A DNA stretch of 32,000 bases from Wolbachia endosymbiont of Litomosoides sigmodontis (GTDB lineage: Bacteria > Pseudomonadota > Alphaproteobacteria > Rickettsiales > Anaplasmataceae): positions 510,001 to 542,000 of the forward strand of contig NZ_CP046577.1 in the NCBI RefSeq assembly GCF_013365435.1, in the 5' to 3' direction. Below the pieces are notes generated by a model. The model made no database searches. It was given only the letters and a program-made list of their open reading frames with translations, and had not been told where the DNA came from. Made by a program: the position numbers and the translations under genes. How positions within the stretch are numbered: the first letter of the stretch is position 1; every line of letters begins with the position of its first letter. This document shows, piece after piece, positions 27,114 through 32,000 of this stretch.

Positions 27114-27870
27114 TAGAATCAAAATTTTTAAATAAAAAAAGTCTCGCGAAATCAGCAAAAGAAATGCTAAAAAAGTATGAAGTAACGCATATGTTACAAA
27201 AAAAACTAGCTGCTATAATCAGCAAAAAGCACAGTTTCAACGCCATAGAAGAACTAGATTAAATCAGAGCCAATTTAAATAAGTTGAAGTATGGATATAA
27301 GAAAATTCTAATATTAACATTAGAGAAATGAGAATAAGAATCTAGGAAAATTTGGCTTGAATGTCAGCAAGTCTATAATATACCTCAAAAATGAAGTTTC
27401 ACATATTACGTCAAGACCAATCCATAATGAACAAGATAAAGATAGACAGGAAGAGTTTTAAAAAACTTAATGAGACTATTAGTAAATATCCCGTACAAGA
27501 GTTATTCATCTTTGATGAATTGCAGTTTGTCACACATTTGAAAGTTGAGCACGAGTGATTTTTAAAATGGCGTTACAGTGCAGTAGATGCTAGAAATGGA
27601 GAGAGTTCTAGCTTATTTGCACTAAATATCAACACTGACTGTATGAATATATTTCTTGAATAAATGTTCTAATACTTAAGAATATGAGAAGCCTTTCTTG
27701 GCATGGAATGGCACTAGTTGGTGTAAATTAAAAAATTTAACAGAGGATTTTGCATAATAAAGGCTATAATACAGTTACTTTGCTTAAGAGTGCTTTATAC
27801 AATTTATTACTTCCTTACTACACAATTAAACAATTCTGCAATTTTACTTATTTGACTCGCTAACAATGAT
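27114..27870 (+). mobile_element. Decayed IS630-type element, truncated at both termini (right arm of the inverted pair)
   Basis: It is the reverse complement of 24996-25748, with about 20 substitutions and 5-6 one-base indels by hand alignment. It lacks the inner ~25 bp and the outer ~8 bp of the terminal repeats. It starts 9 bp after the rluC stop codon. Confidence 0.7.
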
Positions 27871-28196
27871 ATTAATATTATCTGCGTTCTCTAAAATTGT
27901 TTTACTTTAAAGCTAGAGGTATAGGCACATTAGAAAATGTAGCAAATATTATAGATGCAAGTAATATAAGAGTACCCAAAGAACTTAGCTACAAGCTAAA
28001 ATGCGTTAGCCTTGTTAAGTGAATTACCCAATATCTTCTTTTTTTATAAACAAAATTTTGGCTATATTATGCATAATACCGTATTTTTATTTGTTATCAT
28101 ATTAATATTATGCTGTACCCACACCCCATCAGCTTTGACAAGCTTTGGCATTATTAGCACATTATGTTCTTGTCTACATAGGAAATAGAGGCCACA

Positions 28197-28225
28197 CTTG
28201 AAATTGATGTATACAATACCTATCT
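28197..28225 (+). promoter_or_regulatory. Candidate RpoH (sigma-32)-type heat-shock promoter of dnaJ
   Basis: CTTG (28197-28200), 18 nt, then CCTATCT (28219-28225). This fits the alphaproteobacterial heat-shock consensus as I recall it (CTTG-N17/18-CYTATNT), and CTTGAAA also matches the E. coli -35. It ends 28 nt upstream of the dnaJ ATG. Confidence 0.45.
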
Positions 28226-28253
28226 TTAAAAGTTAAATACTGAACTGTTACAT

Positions 28254-29378
28254 ATGAGTAAAAAAGACTACTATGAGCTGCTGGGAGTAGGTAGAAATGC
28301 TAGTATTGATGAAATAAAAAAAGCATATAAGAAATTAGCGTTAAAGTATCATCCAGATAGGAATCCTGGCAATAAAGAAGCAGAGGAAAAATTCAAAGAA
28401 ATAACAGCTGCATATGAAGTCCTGTCTGATTCTGAGAAAAGAGCAGGCTATGATCGTTATGGTCGCGAAGGTGCTTCCAGTGGATTTGACTTCAGCCAAA
28501 GTTTTGGCTCTGCAGGAGATTTTAGTGACATATTCAATGATTTTTTTGGTGGAGGATTTGGTAGCTCAAGTAAATCAAAAGCAAAAAGAAGCACAACAGG
28601 AGCACCTGGAGCAGATTTGCGCTATGATCTTGAAATTACCTTAGAAGATGCATTTAAAGGAATACAAGCACCTATACATTACGTCACGAACGTAAAATGT
28701 GACACGTGTCAAGGTACGGGTAGTGAAGGGGCAATTAAACCAGTTCAGTGCCATACATGCCAAGGAAGTGGTAGAATTAGAACACAGCAAGGCTTTTTTA
28801 CAATTGAAAGAACATGTACTACATGTTATGGAGAAGGAGAAATAGTACAGAATAAATGTAAGAAATGCGGTGGAAGTGGACGTAGAAGAGATGGAGTAAA
28901 TATATCAGTTTCAATTCCAAAGGGCATAGAGGAAGGTGCTAAGGTAAGGGTAAGCGGTAAAGGAGAAGCTGGAGTAAGAGATGGAAAAAACGGAGATTTA
29001 TATGTATATGTTAAAATTACTCCACATAAAATCTTTACCAGAAATAAAGCAGATTTACATTGTAAAGTTCCTATAAAAATGACACTAGCAGTACTTGGTG
29101 GTGAAATTGATGTTCAGTCTATTGATGGAACTAAAATAAAAGTAAAAGTTCCAGAAGGTACTCAGACTAGTACTAAACTACGCTGTAAGGAAAAGGGTAT
29201 GCCTTATATGAACTCACATACTCGTGGTGATTTGTATGTACAAGTAATAGTTGAGACTTTAAATCCGAATAATTTAACTAAAAAGCAAATTGAGCTATTA
29301 AAAGCACTTGAAGAAGAGGAAAATGCAAGTATACATCAGCAATCTGAAGGATTCTTTAGTAAAGTAAAAAAAAAATAA
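28254..29378 (+). CDS. dnaJ: Molecular chaperone DnaJ (type I Hsp40)
   Basis: J domain with 'YHPDRNPG', a G/F-rich linker, and four CxxCxGxG repeats ([32 protein letters not shown]). dnaK is not adjacent. Confidence 0.95.
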   Translation: MSKKDYYELLGVGRNASIDEIKKAYKKLALKYHPDRNPGNKEAEEKFKEITAAYEVLSDSEKRAGYDRYGREGASSGFDFSQSFGSAGDFSDIFNDFFGGGFGSSSKSKAKRSTTGAPGADLRYDLEITLEDAFKGIQAPIHYVTNVKCDTCQGTGSEGAIKPVQCHTCQGSGRIRTQQGFFTIERTCTTCYGEGEIVQNKCKKCGGSGRRRDGVNISVSIPKGIEEGAKVRVSGKGEAGVRDGKNGDLYVYVKITPHKIFTRNKADLHCKVPIKMTLAVLGGEIDVQSIDGTKIKVKVPEGTQTSTKLRCKEKGMPYMNSHTRGDLYVQVIVETLNPNNLTKKQIELLKALEEEENASIHQQSEGFFSKVKKK

Positions 29379-30231
29379 GAAATTTGCTAAATGATATTAA
29401 AAGTAGCTAATTATTATTGAGTTCTTCTAAATTATCCTTTAATTACCTAGTACTTAGTGTATAACTACACTAGCAGTGTGATTTAAAAAGAGGGAGAAAA
29501 CACGATTAAAAAATTACTTGACAAACTCTACCCTCACTTAATTATGAGTAATAAAGGATTAAGTTATCTTTAATCTGTATGGGTTATAATTATTATAGAC
29601 CTTTATCACGTGAAACGTTCCATTTTACATATAACTTAAAGTCTTTTAATAGGATTGCGTACTATAATTAGCTAAATCTAGGTAGGTAATTATGTTTATT
29701 TTACCAATTCTTTTATCTATTAGACTTGCTTTATTCAATTATTTTAATAAATTAATAACGTGCGCTGCCTTAGTTACAGAAGCTGCTTTTAGTTACAAAT
29801 TTAATAGTTAAATTTTATGATAAAGGAGAAAAGCTATATAGTCTAATAACGCACACAGTGTTATATTATGTCTTTAAATGATAAGATTTAAGCTTGATAA
29901 TATTGACTTCATACACTGCAATTTTAGTGCCAATTTTCTCATGTGTAATCATTTTTGAAAAATTAAAATCCAAGCTCCAGTTCCATATAACAAATTTCAT
30001 TACTTTTGTCACAGCATCAGTAATTGATAGTACCGTTAAGTACTTTGGCTATTATATAAGTTTTCTGTAAGAAAGTGCTTATTTATTAATACATGTCAGA
30101 GACTTAGCTCTTAAACTTTCCTACACATCAATATAGGGCACTAAGCTTTATGCCTAATCTGTTTTTTGACGGTGATTTCACGTTTTGAAAGCTGGAGTAA
30201 TTCGTATTAGTAAGCACTTTCTTCAGGCATT

Positions 30232-30343
30232 TTTCTTGCTAGTTTCACGACTCTTTCATTCAATAATCTTGATTTTAACACCATTTAAACCTTGTTATTT
30301 TACTTATTTCAGCAAGTCTTCCTTTTTCACATCATTATCTATC
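30232..30343 (-). repeat. MITE-like repeat, copy C
   Basis: The minus strand reads 'gatagataatgatgtgaaaaaggaagacttgctgaaataagtaaaataacaaggtttaaatggtgttaaaatcaag', which parallels the copy B left terminus plus core. The 74-aa ORF at 30185-30409 overlaps it. Confidence 0.55.
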
Positions 30344-30682
30344 AATTTAATGTATAGCCTCTTTGTTATAGCTGAAATTAAATATTTACCCTTGATCTAT
30401 GAACATTAATAGAAAGATATTAAAAATTTCTTTGTTCGTATAAGGGCAATAGATCGTTTAGTGATTAGCAATACCCAAAACAAAGTGATTTTCTTAAAAA
30501 GTGAATTAAAACAGGTAAGAAAAAGCTCAAGCAGCATTATTTGTGTTTTATCTACAAAAAAGCACCAAGCTTACTTTGTAGCCCAATTTATGAAAATTTA
30601 GCCCAAAATCAGTGAATAAAAAAAAATTTCATTACCCAAAAAGTATGCTATTTAATATAGTCTGAGCTATCTAAATAAATCT

Positions 30683-31300
30683 ATGTGGCATATAGCCTCG
30701 TTCTTTGTGTTATCAGCAATACTAGTAAGCTGTGGCATACAAAAACCTGTACTTGTGTTACTTAAAGGTGAGGAATTTTATGGAAAGAGACACCTAGAAC
30801 GTACAAGAGAATACCATTTAATTAGAGAAGATATCGATTTTTCAATGCAAAAAGAAAGTAGAAAAGTTGCCATAAGTGAAGCATATAACAACAACCCGCA
30901 AGATATAGCGATTAACAAGGCAAGTTATAAATTTGTAATGCCAGTAAAAGGTACTATCATTTCAGCTGCCTCTTCTGATGAAGAGTGCAAAGATGGAGTG
31001 AAAATCGCTGCTCAAGGTGGAACAAATGTGGTTGCATCTGCCCCTGGCGAAGTGATATACGTAGGCAAAGGACTGAGACGATATGGAAATTTAATTATAG
31101 TGGAACACAAAGATAATTACACAACTGCATACTCCTACTTAAAGAATATACAAATTAAAATTGGTGATAAAGTAAAGCAAGGTCAAGTGATTGGGTCTGC
31201 AGGTAAGTCAAGTGCACAAGATAAAGACTTACAGATGTGCTTTACAATACGCCATAATGGCCAGGTAGTAGATCCTTTGATGTATATGAACTATAATTAG
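30683..31300 (+). CDS. Lipoprotein with a degenerate LytM (peptidase M23) domain, NlpD/EnvC-like
   Basis: Signal plus lipobox 'FFVLSAILVSCG'. The M23 fold signature is 'GVKIAAQGGTNVVASAPGEVIYVG...YGNLIIVEH...GDKVKQGQVIGSAG...VDP', but the Zn-ligand positions read K..K (HxxxD) and 'LQMCF' (HLHF). Confidence 0.75.
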   Translation: MWHIASFFVLSAILVSCGIQKPVLVLLKGEEFYGKRHLERTREYHLIREDIDFSMQKESRKVAISEAYNNNPQDIAINKASYKFVMPVKGTIISAASSDEECKDGVKIAAQGGTNVVASAPGEVIYVGKGLRRYGNLIIVEHKDNYTTAYSYLKNIQIKIGDKVKQGQVIGSAGKSSAQDKDLQMCFTIRHNGQVVDPLMYMNYN

Positions 31301-31312
31301 GTTTGGATTTGT

Positions 31313-32000
31313 ATGAAATACAACTTTAAAAACGTAGAAAAATTTTATCAAGACAGGTGGGATTTTTCTGTTAGCAAAAATAATAAACAAGGGAAATGTT
31401 ACGTGTTGGAAATGTTTCCATATCCATCTGGTAAAATTCATATGGGACATCTGCGCAACTACGTAATAGGAGATGTGATAGCGCGTTACAAGAGAGCTCA
31501 TGGATTTGAGGTTTTACACCCAATTGGTTGGGACGCATTTGGATTACCAGCTGAAAATGCAGCAAGAGATAATAATATTAACCCTGCAGTGTGGACAAAA
31601 GAGAATATAGATAACATGCGTAAACAATTGAGATCTATAGGTCTTTCTTATAATTGGGAACGTGAACTCTCTACATGCGAACCTGACTATTACAAACATG
31701 AACAGAAATTTTTCCTAGATTTTTTAAAGCAAGGACTTGTCTATCGAAAAGAGTCTTGGGTTAATTGGGATCCAGTAGACCAGACAGTGCTTGCAAATGA
31801 ACAAGTAATTGATGGAAGAGGGTGGAGATCAGGTGCAATTATTGAAAAGCGTAAGTTGTCACAATGGTTTTTAAAGATTACTGATTTTGCCAAAGATTTA
31901 CTTGAGTGCTTACAAGGCTTAAAGAATTGGCCAGAAAAGGTTAAAATAATGCAAGAGCGCTGGATAGGAAAATCTGAAGGAGTAACTATAGAGTTAGAAA
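31313..32000 (+). CDS. leuS: Leucine--tRNA ligase (5' portion; continues beyond the window)
   Basis: ATG at 31313, with the frame open to the window end. '[16 protein letters not shown]' (HIGH motif), '[13 protein letters not shown]', '[15 protein letters not shown]'. It is absent from the ORF track because no stop codon lies within the window. Confidence 0.92.
   Translation, partial: MKYNFKNVEKFYQDRWDFSVSKNNKQGKCYVLEMFPYPSGKIHMGHLRNYVIGDVIARYKRAHGFEVLHPIGWDAFGLPAENAARDNNINPAVWTKENIDNMRKQLRSIGLSYNWERELSTCEPDYYKHEQKFFLDFLKQGLVYRKESWVNWDPVDQTVLANEQVIDGRGWRSGAIIEKRKLSQWFLKITDFAKDLLECLQGLKNWPEKVKIMQERWIGKSEGVTIELE

Noticed and set aside
28135-28163. Perfect TTGACA -35 hexamer upstream of dnaJ as a sigma-70 promoter.
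   Set aside because: There is no acceptable -10 at 16-19 bp spacing (cacatt/acatta/cattat), and single hexamer matches are expected by chance. The sigma-32-type match at 28197-28225 is better supported.
29692-29811. 39-codon hydrophobic ORF 'MFILPILLSIRLALFNYFNKLITCAALVTEAAFSYKFNS' preceded by 'aggtagg', considered as a small membrane protein.
   Set aside because: It is too short and compositionally ordinary for an AT-rich spacer. There is no conservation evidence available, and the putative RBS spacing is marginal. It is noted only within the spacer finding.
30185-30409. 74-aa plus-strand ORF in the dnaJ-downstream spacer.
   Set aside because: It overlaps MITE-like repeat copy C on the opposite strand. 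It has an F/L/S/I-rich low-complexity translation, no start context, and no motif.
31229-31565. 90-aa and 64-aa minus-strand ORFs at the nlpD-like/leuS junction.
   Set aside because: They are antisense to the well-supported leuS 5' region (HIGH motif) and to the end of the LytM gene. They are shadow ORFs.
1-32000. CRISPR array, prophage (WO-like), cif/toxin-antitoxin or defence-island content.
   Set aside because: The repeats present are dispersed, irregularly spaced and non-identical. No phage structural, integrase, Cas, ankyrin, nuclease-toxin or restriction-type ORFs occur. Every long ORF is a recognisable housekeeping gene.

Overview
This is an AT-rich, gene-dense window. Its gene content and short-repeat vocabulary fit an Anaplasmataceae endosymbiont, most likely Wolbachia (inference only; no database search was possible).

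The backbone is ordinary housekeeping DNA. In order: metC-like (5' partial), murE, ispG, a PGM/PMM-family mutase, a translationally coupled lolE / Mic60-like / hemY-like chain, murB, hemC, tRNA-Arg(ACG), valS, a ProP-like MFS transporter, tadA, pyrG, secG, ppdK, hemJ, pdhA, an RluC/D-type pseudouridine synthase, dnaJ, a degenerate-LytM lipoprotein, and the start of leuS. I see no prophage, CRISPR array, toxin-antitoxin pair, cif-like genes or defence cassette.

The unusual part is a layer of selfish DNA over these genes:
- Seven decayed IS630/Tc1-mariner-type elements. Two of them form ~755-bp, ~96-97% identical inverted repeats that bracket the rluC-like gene exactly.
- A family of about 100-170-bp MITE-like intergenic repeats, which shares a core with the IS 5' region.
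- Short palindromic motifs inserted in frame into three essential genes: 92 codons in the rluC-like gene, about 35-45 codons in valS, and the N-terminus of murE. These resemble the protein-coding palindromic elements described in Rickettsia and Wolbachia.

Other points worth checking are a candidate alphaproteobacterial Mic60 (mitofilin) homologue next to a hemY-like gene, an exact alpha-type sigma-32 promoter match upstream of dnaJ, and an extended -10 promoter created at an IS/TA junction facing rluC.

All alignments were done by eye, so repeat coordinates are approximate (about +/-10 bp).
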